This document shows positions 9,996 to 17,540 of a DNA stretch of 32,000 bases, piece by piece. The notes below the pieces were generated by a model. It worked only from the letters and a program-made list of their open reading frames with translations, had not been told where the DNA came from and did not search any database. Every line of letters starts with the position of its first letter. The first letter of the stretch is position 1. Origin of the DNA: Fastidiosibacter lacustris (GTDB lineage: Bacteria > Pseudomonadota > Gammaproteobacteria > Francisellales > Francisellaceae); NCBI RefSeq assembly GCF_003428155.1, contig NZ_QLIR01000014.1, positions 16,533 through 48,532 of the forward strand. Direction: 5' to 3'. A program made the translations under genes and the position numbers.

Positions 9996-11060
9996 ATGAA
10001 GCCAATAAAAGAACTTTTATCAATACCATCTGAACTATCTTATCATGAACTTTTAGAACGTTGGCGTGAGCCTTTGGAACTTTGGGGATTCTCAGATAAT
10101 AATGCAAAGGCTAAATATATCGCACAACTAATTAATAAGCACGGTTTAAAAGCATTCTTGACGCCATCTTACGATGGTAAAGAATACATATCAATTTCAA
10201 TTAAATTAGGCAGCCAGGCAATTAATTATAGCGAATTGAGCATTAAAATAATAAAACACGCGTTGAGCAATTTAGCGCTTGTAAAATCACTACCTGTTAA
10301 GGGGTATAAAATCAATAGGTTTAAATTTATCGAAAGTGAAGCATGGCGTAATTTGTTTTTGCGATCCATAACAACTGTTCTATTTCCCATTGATGACGAT
10401 ATTGTTGACAAAATTGGTAACAAAACGCGTGGCGAAATTCTCTCGATTATCTCAAATGGTACCTATTGCACGGTATTATTAAACCATCCTCTTGAACTAA
10501 AAACTGTGCTTGTTCAAGATTACAATGGTTATTTGCAGTTGCAAGTTGGTGATGTCGTGGGCGCTGATTATATTATAACTACATATAAATGGAAAGATGT
10601 CATGGACGATGATTGTATTGTAGCTATATACAAAGAGTTATGGAATCCTGTACTTCTTGAACCAAAGATTGAAGCACCTGTATTTAAAGAGTCTCAGTTA
10701 TATTTCAAGGGTGAAGACATTATAGCCTTTGAAGAAGCACAAATCAGGCAGAAAGAGAGTAACAAACGAGAAAACAATAATAAGGATAAGTCAAGCAAAG
10801 AAAAAGCACCAGAACCTACAAGCAATGGTGTCTTAAAGTGTGTTCAAAAACAACGAGAGTTAGCTTTGCAAACTGCCATAAATCTCGGGGCGATAAAAAA
10901 AAGCCATACAAAGGCAGAGATTCATAAAATATTAAAGCAAGCATCACCAGAGTTATTCACTATAGCAAGAACTACTTTTAATGACTTTTTTAAGAAGCAG
11001 CAGCTGTTTAACCTAAATTCTGGACGTAGAAGCATGGAAGACATAACCGAAAAATGCTAA
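9996..11060 (+). CDS. Hypothetical protein of unknown function, island cargo between integrase and AlpA
   Basis: 354-aa ORF; Lys/Glu-rich linker (ESNKRENNNKDKSSKEKAPEP) and C-terminal helical segment KSHTKAEIHKILKQASPELFTIARTTFNDFFKKQQLF. Confidence 0.75.
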   Translation: MKPIKELLSIPSELSYHELLERWREPLELWGFSDNNAKAKYIAQLINKHGLKAFLTPSYDGKEYISISIKLGSQAINYSELSIKIIKHALSNLALVKSLPVKGYKINRFKFIESEAWRNLFLRSITTVLFPIDDDIVDKIGNKTRGEILSIISNGTYCTVLLNHPLELKTVLVQDYNGYLQLQVGDVVGADYIITTYKWKDVMDDDCIVAIYKELWNPVLLEPKIEAPVFKESQLYFKGEDIIAFEEAQIRQKESNKRENNNKDKSSKEKAPEPTSNGVLKCVQKQRELALQTAINLGAIKKSHTKAEIHKILKQASPELFTIARTTFNDFFKKQQLFNLNSGRRSMEDITEKC

Positions 11061-11195
11061 ATATAGAGTGACTTTCATTTTTTTTCAATATGACTGAAAC
11101 CCTGATTTAATAAGGATGTAAATATGGGGTGATTGGTCGACTACCCCATATTAGCCCCCTTTTTCTTTTCCTTTTTTGTCTCTCATAATACACCC

Positions 11196-11217
11196 CAAGA
11201 CTTGGCGCCAAGTCTTG
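11196..11217. promoter_or_regulatory. 22-bp perfect palindrome, candidate operator upstream of the alpA-like gene
   Basis: CAAGACTTGGCGCCAAGTCTTG is identical to its reverse complement and ends 41 bp before the ATG at 11259. Confidence 0.45.
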
Positions 11218-11258
11218 TTAAATAGTGATTGTATAAAGTCTATTAAAAAGGGGAAACC

Positions 11259-11465
11259 ATGAATTTAAATATTATTAAATTACCGTTGGTGGTTGAAAAA
11301 ACAAGCCTTTCAACTGCATCCATATATCGATTAGCTAAAGTGGGTAAGTTTCCAGCTCCTGTAAAGCTAAGTGAGCGTTCAAGCGGCTGGCTTGAATCGG
11401 ATGTAAATCAATGGATTGATAATCGCATTAAAGCACGTGATGGTAAATTGAGTAAAGGGGTGTAG
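11259..11465 (+). CDS. AlpA-family phage regulator / excisionase-like protein
   Basis: KTSLSTASIYRLAKVGKFPAPVKLSERSSGWLESDVNQWIDNRI is the AlpA signature. Confidence 0.92.
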   Translation: MNLNIIKLPLVVEKTSLSTASIYRLAKVGKFPAPVKLSERSSGWLESDVNQWIDNRIKARDGKLSKGV

Positions 11466-11467
11466 GC

Positions 11468-11749
11468 ATGTTAAGTAATGAAATTCAACTAAGTAAACGT
11501 CAATTAAGGACACTTGAAGAGTTGGCTTTAAAGGGTGAAGTGTCAAGGCTTGAGTTGAGTCGCTATGCGGGGTTAAATACACCTGAAACCATAAGCCAGT
11601 TACGTAAAAAGGGATGCATTATCCATATGGTTAGAAAACCCCGCGTTGACCATTATGGTGTGAAGGTTTACGCGGGGTTTTACAGCTTGGATAAAAGCCA
11701 GAAAGATGATGCTTGTAAGCTAGTAATTAAAAACAAGGAGGTGAAATGA
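11468..11749 (+). CDS. Small winged-helix-like protein
   Basis: LSKRQLRTLEELALKGEVSRLELSRYAGLNTPETISQLRKKGCIIHMVRK; tightly downstream of the AlpA-like gene. Confidence 0.6.
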   Translation: MLSNEIQLSKRQLRTLEELALKGEVSRLELSRYAGLNTPETISQLRKKGCIIHMVRKPRVDHYGVKVYAGFYSLDKSQKDDACKLVIKNKEVK

Positions 11750-11819
11750 TGATTGATAATAAGTTTAATCAAAAAGTAAAAGGAAATCACATTGGTGATT
11801 CCCTGTTTACTTCCCGCCC

Positions 11820-12016
11820 CACAATGTTATACTGCGCTCGTTCGGGCGTAGTAACCTGCAAAAACAAGCGTAATCATGCGATAAATGGTATCAATATATT
11901 TTCATCTTGGCTACTTGTTTTTCAAGTTGTCGGGTGGTGGCGTAAATACAATACCCGTTTCATTATGGGAAATAGCGCCAGCCTTACTTGTTTGAGGTTA
12001 CTAACCACCCGATTAA
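11820..12016 (+). ncRNA. Ash/Icd-like structured unit A (P4-type immunity-like region), overlapping ORF 11746..12021
   Basis: TCGGGTGGT (11930-11938) pairs with ACCACCCGA (12004-12012); overlapping ORF contains FQVVGWWRKYNTRFIMGNSAS, as in Ash/Icd-like families. Confidence 0.5.
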
Positions 12017-12179
12017 TTTAGTAATACAAAACAAGGAATCAAATTATATGAATAATCTAAACCGTATAACGCGGCGTTCGTATTCTCATACTGGTGTAGA
12101 AGTACAAAGCCCGCGCTATACAGTCACTCATGAACCAACTGATAAAACCAACGACATCAGTCAATGCAATTGTATATCA

Positions 12180-12452
12180 ATAGCCCCGTCTTGGTTTTGT
12201 GCTTTTAATCTGTTAAGCTTGCGAATGTTGGTCGTAGAAAGCCAGCAAAAACGTTCGGGCTTAGAAACCCAGATACTACCAAAACGCGGAGCTTATCAAA
12301 CCGTTAAACTTGATATTCAAACGATTATATCTCATTTATGGCTAGTTATAGCTTCATGGTTTCATATAATCGGGTGGGCGCATCAATACAACACCTTTAT
12401 GGGAATAATGCGCGCTGTTTCGTTTTGGGCAGTTTCTAACCACCCGATTTTT
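12180..12452 (+). ncRNA. Ash/Icd-like structured unit B, overlapping ORF 11988..12485
   Basis: AATCGGGTGG (12368-12377) pairs with CCACCCGATT (12440-12449); overlapping ORF contains FHIIGWAHQYNTFMGIMRAVSFWAVSNHP. Confidence 0.5.
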
Positions 12453-12478
12453 AAGGATAACCAAAACGGAGCTAAACC

Positions 12479-13066
12479 ATGGTAGTAAAAACAATTATTT
12501 TCAATGACAAAAACATCACTATCCATTATATAAATGGTGATTACTATTTATCCATCGTTAAAATTATGGATGATTTAAACTTAGACTTTAACGACACCGT
12601 AAAAGCCTTAATGAAATCGTCATATTTACATATAACCGCCGATGACGTGACTATTAAATTATCTGAATTAAACAACTGGCTTAATACGATGGATAAAAGC
12701 AAACTAGATAATGGTTCTTTACTTTTTTTAGCTGAGTATCAATCGTCATTACTGAATATTATTAAGCATGAAATTAACCAACTATCACAAGCCTCTAAGC
12801 CAAAGCCTAAATATAATTTTCATATTTTCCAAGGTTCAGTAAGTACCAGAAAGCATAATGAATCAATTTATCTATCCGCAATGGATTTGTGTGAACATCT
12901 AGGAGTCAATAAAGAAGAAAATATCAATAGACTTATTAATGATGAAGATTTTAATGGCTTTTTACATTACTCAATCAATGGCTTATATATCAGTGAAATA
13001 ATTGCGCAATGGTGGATTGGCAAGCTTACTGGTACACATAATCAAGTAAAGGGGGTTAGGCTATGA
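12479..13066 (+). CDS. Antirepressor-like protein (P22 AR N-terminal-like), tentative
   Basis: Position in the element and TIIFNDKNITIHYINGDYYLSIVKIMDDLNLDF...LLFLAEYQSSLLNIIKHEI. Confidence 0.4.
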   Translation: MVVKTIIFNDKNITIHYINGDYYLSIVKIMDDLNLDFNDTVKALMKSSYLHITADDVTIKLSELNNWLNTMDKSKLDNGSLLFLAEYQSSLLNIIKHEINQLSQASKPKPKYNFHIFQGSVSTRKHNESIYLSAMDLCEHLGVNKEENINRLINDEDFNGFLHYSINGLYISEIIAQWWIGKLTGTHNQVKGVRL

Positions 13067-13968
13067 GGCTTGAAGAATATATGCTTAAATGCGGCTATAC
13101 GCCCCCAAGTGTAATTAATCCAGATGGCTACAATCGATACCCCGCTCCAGACAAAGGAAAGGGTAATAAAGCAGGCTGGCTGATTGTTATTAGTGAAGAG
13201 TGTGCCGTTTTTGGTGATTGGGTGAGTCAAAGCAAATACGTATGGCATGCCAATATGGATAAGATGAGTCATACGGAAAGAACAGCAGCCTATGAGTGCG
13301 CTATACACCAGGCAGAAAGATTGAAGCTTGAGCTGCAACAGCAGCAAGAAGAAGTAGCACATCAATGCCAGTTCATTTTGAATAACTCAGAGAAGGCGCA
13401 AGATAGTCATGCTTATTTAGTCAAAAAAAGCGTTATTTCTTTTGGGCTTCATTGGGCTCCACACTTACAAGGCGTGGATAATGCGTTAATTGTCCCTATT
13501 TATGGTTTTGATGATGGTGCCAATACATTACTGCAATCGCTGCAAATAATCTCGCCTCAAGGAGACAAACGCTTTTTTAAGGGTGGACGAAAGAAGGCGG
13601 GATTCTATCCCTTGCAGGTAAGAGAAGGCAAAGATGTAAGGATATTAATTGCGGAGGGCTATGCAACAGCAGCAAGCTTGGCAATGGTTCAGCCAAACGA
13701 TAGCGTTTATTGCGCTTTTGACGCGGGTAATTTAAAAGATGTTGCTTTATCCCTACGCAAGTACCACCCATTTAGTAAAATCGTTATATGCGCCGACAAT
13801 GACCGCTTTAATGACAAAAACACCGGTGTGCTTGCTGCAAGAGACGCGGCTAACTCTGCCGATGCTGTTTGTATCGTCCCTAGGTTTGAAACGGAAGAAA
13901 CAGGCACAGATTGGAATGATTGGCTAGTGCTAAGGGGATATATAGGAACAAAGGAGGTGCAATCATGA
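13063..13968 (+). CDS. TOPRIM-domain primase-like replication protein
   Basis: NALIVPIYGFDDGANTLLQSLQIISPQGDKRFFKGGRKKAGFYPL then TOPRIM ILIAEGYATAASL...CAFDAGNLKDV...KIVICADNDRF. Confidence 0.88.
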   Translation: MRLEEYMLKCGYTPPSVINPDGYNRYPAPDKGKGNKAGWLIVISEECAVFGDWVSQSKYVWHANMDKMSHTERTAAYECAIHQAERLKLELQQQQEEVAHQCQFILNNSEKAQDSHAYLVKKSVISFGLHWAPHLQGVDNALIVPIYGFDDGANTLLQSLQIISPQGDKRFFKGGRKKAGFYPLQVREGKDVRILIAEGYATAASLAMVQPNDSVYCAFDAGNLKDVALSLRKYHPFSKIVICADNDRFNDKNTGVLAARDAANSADAVCIVPRFETEETGTDWNDWLVLRGYIGTKEVQS

Positions 13969-14939
13969 ACCAGTTTAATGAACAAAGCAATCAAGCCAGT
14001 GCAAGCGACCTTGTAACAAATGAGCTTAAAGAACAGGGGATAATAACGCCGCAAATTGTACCAATTAAATACGGTGATTTTAAAAAACTAAACCTTAAAA
14101 GCGCGGAGTTCCTTTTATATCCAATCATTGAAGAACAGGGGTTAGCCATGATTTACGCTATGCGTGGGGTTGGCAAAACTCATGTAAGCTTAAATATTGC
14201 CTACGCCGTGGCAACGGGTGGAAGCTTTTTAAAATGGAAAGCCAGGCGCCCAGCTAAGGTCTTATTTATTGATGGGGAAATGCCAGCATATGCACTGCAT
14301 GAACGGTTAAAGGTAATTGACCAAGGTAGAGGGTTTGCAGATGACAATTTAAATATTATCACCCCCGATTTGTTAAAGGATAAAATCCCGCCAGACTTGG
14401 CAACGTCTACAGGGTGGAAGGCTGTAGAAGCTGCTGTGAATGATGTGGATTTAATCATTGTTGATAATATCAGCACACTTTGCCGCAATGGTAGAGACAA
14501 TGAGGCAGATAGCTGGATACCTGTTCAACATTGGGCACTTAAATGGCGTGCGCAAGGCAAAGCAATATTATTTATCCATCACTCCAATAAAAACGGCGAC
14601 CAAAGGGGAACTAGTAAAAAAGAGGATGTGCTTAGCACAGTTATAAAGCTAGAACATGAAGAAGGTTATAGTGCAGAAGACGGCGCTGCCTTTAGGGTAA
14701 GCCATACCAAGTCAAGATTGTTTCATGGTGAGGACGCCAAACCGTTTAAAGCAGCACTAACAAGCAATGGCTGGGTATATGAAGATTGCGAAGCAGGAAT
14801 CAAAGAAGAGGTGTGGGCACTCCATAATGATGGGATGAAGCAAGTTGATATTGCCAGAGAGCTTGGGCTTGAAAAATATCAAGTGACCAGAATCATTCAA
14901 AAGCATAAAAAATGTGATGGAATTTTAAGGACCGTATAA
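13965..14939 (+). CDS. RepA-like AAA/RecA-fold ATPase (helicase-like) with C-terminal HTH
   Basis: Walker A YAMRGVGKTHVSLNIAYAVATGGSFLKW, VLFIDGEMP, LIIVDNISTLCRNG, ILFIHHSNKNGDQRGTS; ATG 13965 is preceded by GGAGGT and overlaps the upstream stop. Confidence 0.88.
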   Translation: MNQFNEQSNQASASDLVTNELKEQGIITPQIVPIKYGDFKKLNLKSAEFLLYPIIEEQGLAMIYAMRGVGKTHVSLNIAYAVATGGSFLKWKARRPAKVLFIDGEMPAYALHERLKVIDQGRGFADDNLNIITPDLLKDKIPPDLATSTGWKAVEAAVNDVDLIIVDNISTLCRNGRDNEADSWIPVQHWALKWRAQGKAILFIHHSNKNGDQRGTSKKEDVLSTVIKLEHEEGYSAEDGAAFRVSHTKSRLFHGEDAKPFKAALTSNGWVYEDCEAGIKEEVWALHNDGMKQVDIARELGLEKYQVTRIIQKHKKCDGILRTV

Positions 14940-15012
14940 TGGAGTGTTTGATTAAATTATATGCTAAATTTTGCCATGCTTTTTGTGAAATAATTAAAGT
15001 AACTTTCGCAAT

Positions 15013-15210
15013 AGTTGCAGAGTTGCAGTCCCTTAGGGCGTTGCAACTTGCAACTTTTCAAAAAAGCGTGCAACTTTTCTTGCAACTGTATCAGGTAAAA
15101 AACATGCCTGAAACCCTTATTTTAAAAGGAAGTTGCAACTGCAACTTTTATTGCAACGAACTGCAACTGAATGATATTTGTGCTGCAACTTTTAGGGGTA
15201 AAAAAGTTGC
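15013..15210 (+). repeat. Iteron-like cluster of TGCAAC/GTTGCA motifs, candidate replication origin
   Basis: At least 12 TGCAAC or GTTGCA sites in about 200 bp; TGCAACTTTT occurs exactly four times (15048, 15068, 15139, 15183). Confidence 0.6.
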
Positions 15211-15274
15211 AGTAATATTTCAATAATATGATCGTAAAATCTACACATTTTGCCATGGTAGGAGTGACAAAAAA

Positions 15275-15586
15275 ATGATTAAATCACACGTCAAAAATGA
15301 CGAGCAAAAAAACATCAATTCTGGAGGTGAAATCCTCGGAGATGTATCCGAAAAAACAACACCAAAAACACTGGTGGATTTAGTGCCATACGGAATAACT
15401 GTATTAGATGCTGCTTATGTTAAGCAACTGCTTGTTCATACCACTTGGTTTTCAAGGTATGAAGTTATCGAAAGGTATTGCCAAGTATGGGTAGATGAAT
15501 ATCACGCAACTGACTGCCTAATAAAGCGCGCGAACTTAGCCAGGCGCAAAGCTAACACTTGGATACGTCAATATTTAAATCAATAA
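15275..15586 (+). CDS. Small hypothetical island protein
   Basis: 103-aa ORF, GGAGGTG-like sequences nearby; VDLVPYGITVLDAAYVKQLLVHTTWFSRYEVIERYCQVWVDEYHATD. Confidence 0.5.
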   Translation: MIKSHVKNDEQKNINSGGEILGDVSEKTTPKTLVDLVPYGITVLDAAYVKQLLVHTTWFSRYEVIERYCQVWVDEYHATDCLIKRANLARRKANTWIRQYLNQ

Positions 15587-15728
15587 TGGAAAGGAGGTTT
15601 TAAAATGAATATCAAAAAATCACTCGTTTTTCTGGCGATACTTAAATTGCACCAAATCTAATGATTTTATAATTAAATAACCCGTTGAGAAAATCTACGT
15701 AATGTTGTTTATCTCCTAAGATCTTTTT

Positions 15729-16019
15729 TTATTGGGATAGCGCAAGCAAAACATGTTTTGGATCTTTTGATATTGCTTTTAGCAAAGCTTTAGCAGGTCC
15801 AGTAGGCTCTCTACGCCCTTGCTCCCAATTTCTTAGGGTTGGCAACTTCACATTAATCAATCTGGAGAATTTTGCCTGAGATAGCCCAGTTTTATTGCGA
15901 ATCTCTTTTACTTTCATAGCATTTATTGTGAATTCTCGCGATGGAGAGCGCTCTCCATCTATGATTTCATTCATTTGTTGCATGCTTTCAACCAATCGAT
16001 TAAAAAGTTTATTTTCCAT
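15729..16019 (-). CDS. NadS/HigA-like XRE antitoxin
   Basis: KVKEIRNKTGLSQAKFSRLINVKLPTLRNWEQGRREPTGPAKALLKAI. Confidence 0.88.
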   Translation of the reverse strand: MENKLFNRLVESMQQMNEIIDGERSPSREFTINAMKVKEIRNKTGLSQAKFSRLINVKLPTLRNWEQGRREPTGPAKALLKAISKDPKHVLLALSQ

Positions 16020-16339
16020 CACTGCCACCTTTCATTTAACTGCCTTAATATTTTCTTTTGTTCTGGTGTCAAGTCATCTTGTTTGCCTTTTTGATAAATC
16101 AATAAAAGTCTTATCTGTGAATCAGGTAATACGTAATAGTATATAACTCTAACACCACCTTGTTTACCTTTACCTTTTGCTGACCACCTGACTTTTCTTA
16201 ATCCACCAGTTTGTTGTATCACATCACCAATCAGAGGGTTTTCAGCCAAATAGGACTGAAATTCCGCATATTCATCATCACTAAGTAATGCCTTTACATC
16301 TTCAGTAAAAATATCCGTTTCAATAAAGATCAATTTCAT
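16019..16339 (-). CDS. RelE/HigB-like toxin partner of the NadS-like antitoxin
   Basis: MKLIFIETDIFTEDVKALLSDDEYAEFQSYLAENPLIGDVIQQTGGLRKVRWSAKGKGKQGGVRVIYYY...LLLIYQKGKQDDLT. Confidence 0.9.
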   Translation of the reverse strand: MKLIFIETDIFTEDVKALLSDDEYAEFQSYLAENPLIGDVIQQTGGLRKVRWSAKGKGKQGGVRVIYYYVLPDSQIRLLLIYQKGKQDDLTPEQKKILRQLNERWQ

Positions 16340-16767
16340 ACATCTAGCATTATCCACTTGTTATCGAGTTTATATCACGCTTAAAAGTAAGTCAATGGCG
16401 TATTAAATATTTATCATATAAAATCATTTAATGTGGGTCGAGAAATATTTATAGAGTCAATATAACTTTGATGCTATAGCATCCATAGCTATGCTTTACC
16501 ATGGCACTTTAGATATGTAACAGCTGAAATCCAGCGGTTAGAATATGATCAAAATTTAACTCCTGAAATAAACGAGTTAAAATACTCTCAAGCTTGACTC
16601 CTGAATTTTCAGGAACGCGCGTAATGCCTACCTGTTATCAATTGTAATGACTGTGACTCCAGAGGTATGAGCTGCTTGCTGTCGCGTGACAATGTTTCCT
16701 TTGGCAACTGTCGGCATTTCCCCCTAATTATTATCCCCCGAACCTAAACCCTACAACTCAAAATTGC

Positions 16768-16824
16768 ACACAGAAAGTATTTTTTGCGCGTCATACACCC
16801 GCTTGCTTTCAACCGTTCAAAAGT
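16768..16824 (-). repeat. Left copy of a ~57-bp inverted repeat bracketing the TA cargo zone
   Basis: Reverse complement GGTACTTTTGAACGGTTGAAAGCAAGCGGGTGTATGACGCGCAAAAAATACTTTCT aligns ungapped with 20033 onward. Confidence 0.7.
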
Positions 16825-16830
16825 ACCTTT

Positions 16831-17274
16831 TTAATGTATTGATTTACTGTTATTGATGTCATCCCAAGAAATAAAAGCATCAGCACTTAAATTAAAGCGC
16901 TTACTAAGCTTGGTAACTTGCTCTAAGGTTAGCTTGCGGTGACCGTTTAGAAATTTAGAAACATTTCCTTGATTGCCAAAGATATTTATAAGGTCTTTTT
17001 GCTTTAGGTTATATTCTGCCATTAAAAACTTAACCAATTTATTGGGTGTACTTAGTTCTGAAAGCTGTGGCAAGTGCATGTTTTCATAATCAGCAATATG
17101 TTGTTCTATTATCTCTAGAACAGGTAGATATTCGTGCTGAGTGTTATCTCCTATAAAGTCAGCCAACTCTATAGATAAATTTATCAGCTGGCTTAATTCG
17201 GTACTATTTTCTGGAGGTTTAAACCATGGTGCAACTATGCTAAGCGCCTGCTGTGTTTTTTTTGCTTCTAACAT
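16831..17274 (-). CDS. HigA-type antitoxin with C-terminal HTH
   Basis: LVKFLMAEYNLKQKDLINIFGNQGNVSKFLNGHRKLTLEQVTKLSKRFNLSADAFI. Confidence 0.85.
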   Translation of the reverse strand: MLEAKKTQQALSIVAPWFKPPENSTELSQLINLSIELADFIGDNTQHEYLPVLEIIEQHIADYENMHLPQLSELSTPNKLVKFLMAEYNLKQKDLINIFGNQGNVSKFLNGHRKLTLEQVTKLSKRFNLSADAFISWDDINNSKSIH

Positions 17275-17276
17275 CG

Positions 17277-17480
17277 TTATATGTCTCCATTTACTAATTT
17301 CATCTGGTTTACACGTTTACTATATTCTGTATGAGTCCAAATTGCTCTGGTATATACTTTCTGCCTGTTATAATGAATAGTAGCAATCAGTCTGTAGGCA
17401 TTGCCACCAATATTAAAAACCGTATATCTGCCTACTGAATCAACTGTTTTGTAACTGCTACGGTTGAAAAGATTGCAAGT
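17277..17480 (-). pseudogene. 5'-truncated HigB-type toxin remnant
   Basis: Minus-strand translation TCNLFNRSSYKTVDSVGRYTVFNIGGNAYRLIATIHYNRQKVYTRAIWTHTEYSKRVNQMKLVNGDI* matches the HigB C-terminal part; in-frame TAG immediately upstream and no start codon. Confidence 0.8.
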
Positions 17481-17540
17481 CTAAACTACAATTTGTTTTG
17501 AGTTAGAAGCTATTTCATATAATTAACGGTAAATAATAAC

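Noticed and set aside
11746-12485. Calling 11746..12021 and 11988..12485 as confident proteins
   Set aside because: Overlapping ORFs follow the Ash/Icd-like pattern where nucleotide structure may be the functional signal; kept as structured regions instead.
13042-14646. Antisense/alternate-frame ORFs 13042..13365, 13577..13771, 13707..14054, 13739..13927, 14201..14500, 14458..14646
   Set aside because: They overlap the TOPRIM and RepA-like genes and have no recognisable domains.
15013-15210. CRISPR-like reading of the TGCAAC repeats
   Set aside because: Units are only 6-10 bp with irregular spacing and both orientations, and there are no cas genes.
14939-15226. 95-aa ORF after the RepA-like gene
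   Set aside because: The C-terminal half simply translates the TGCAAC repeat cluster (LQLATFQ, LFLQLYQ, CNCNFYCNELQL). Start overlap with the upstream stop keeps it possible, but the repeat is the better explanation.
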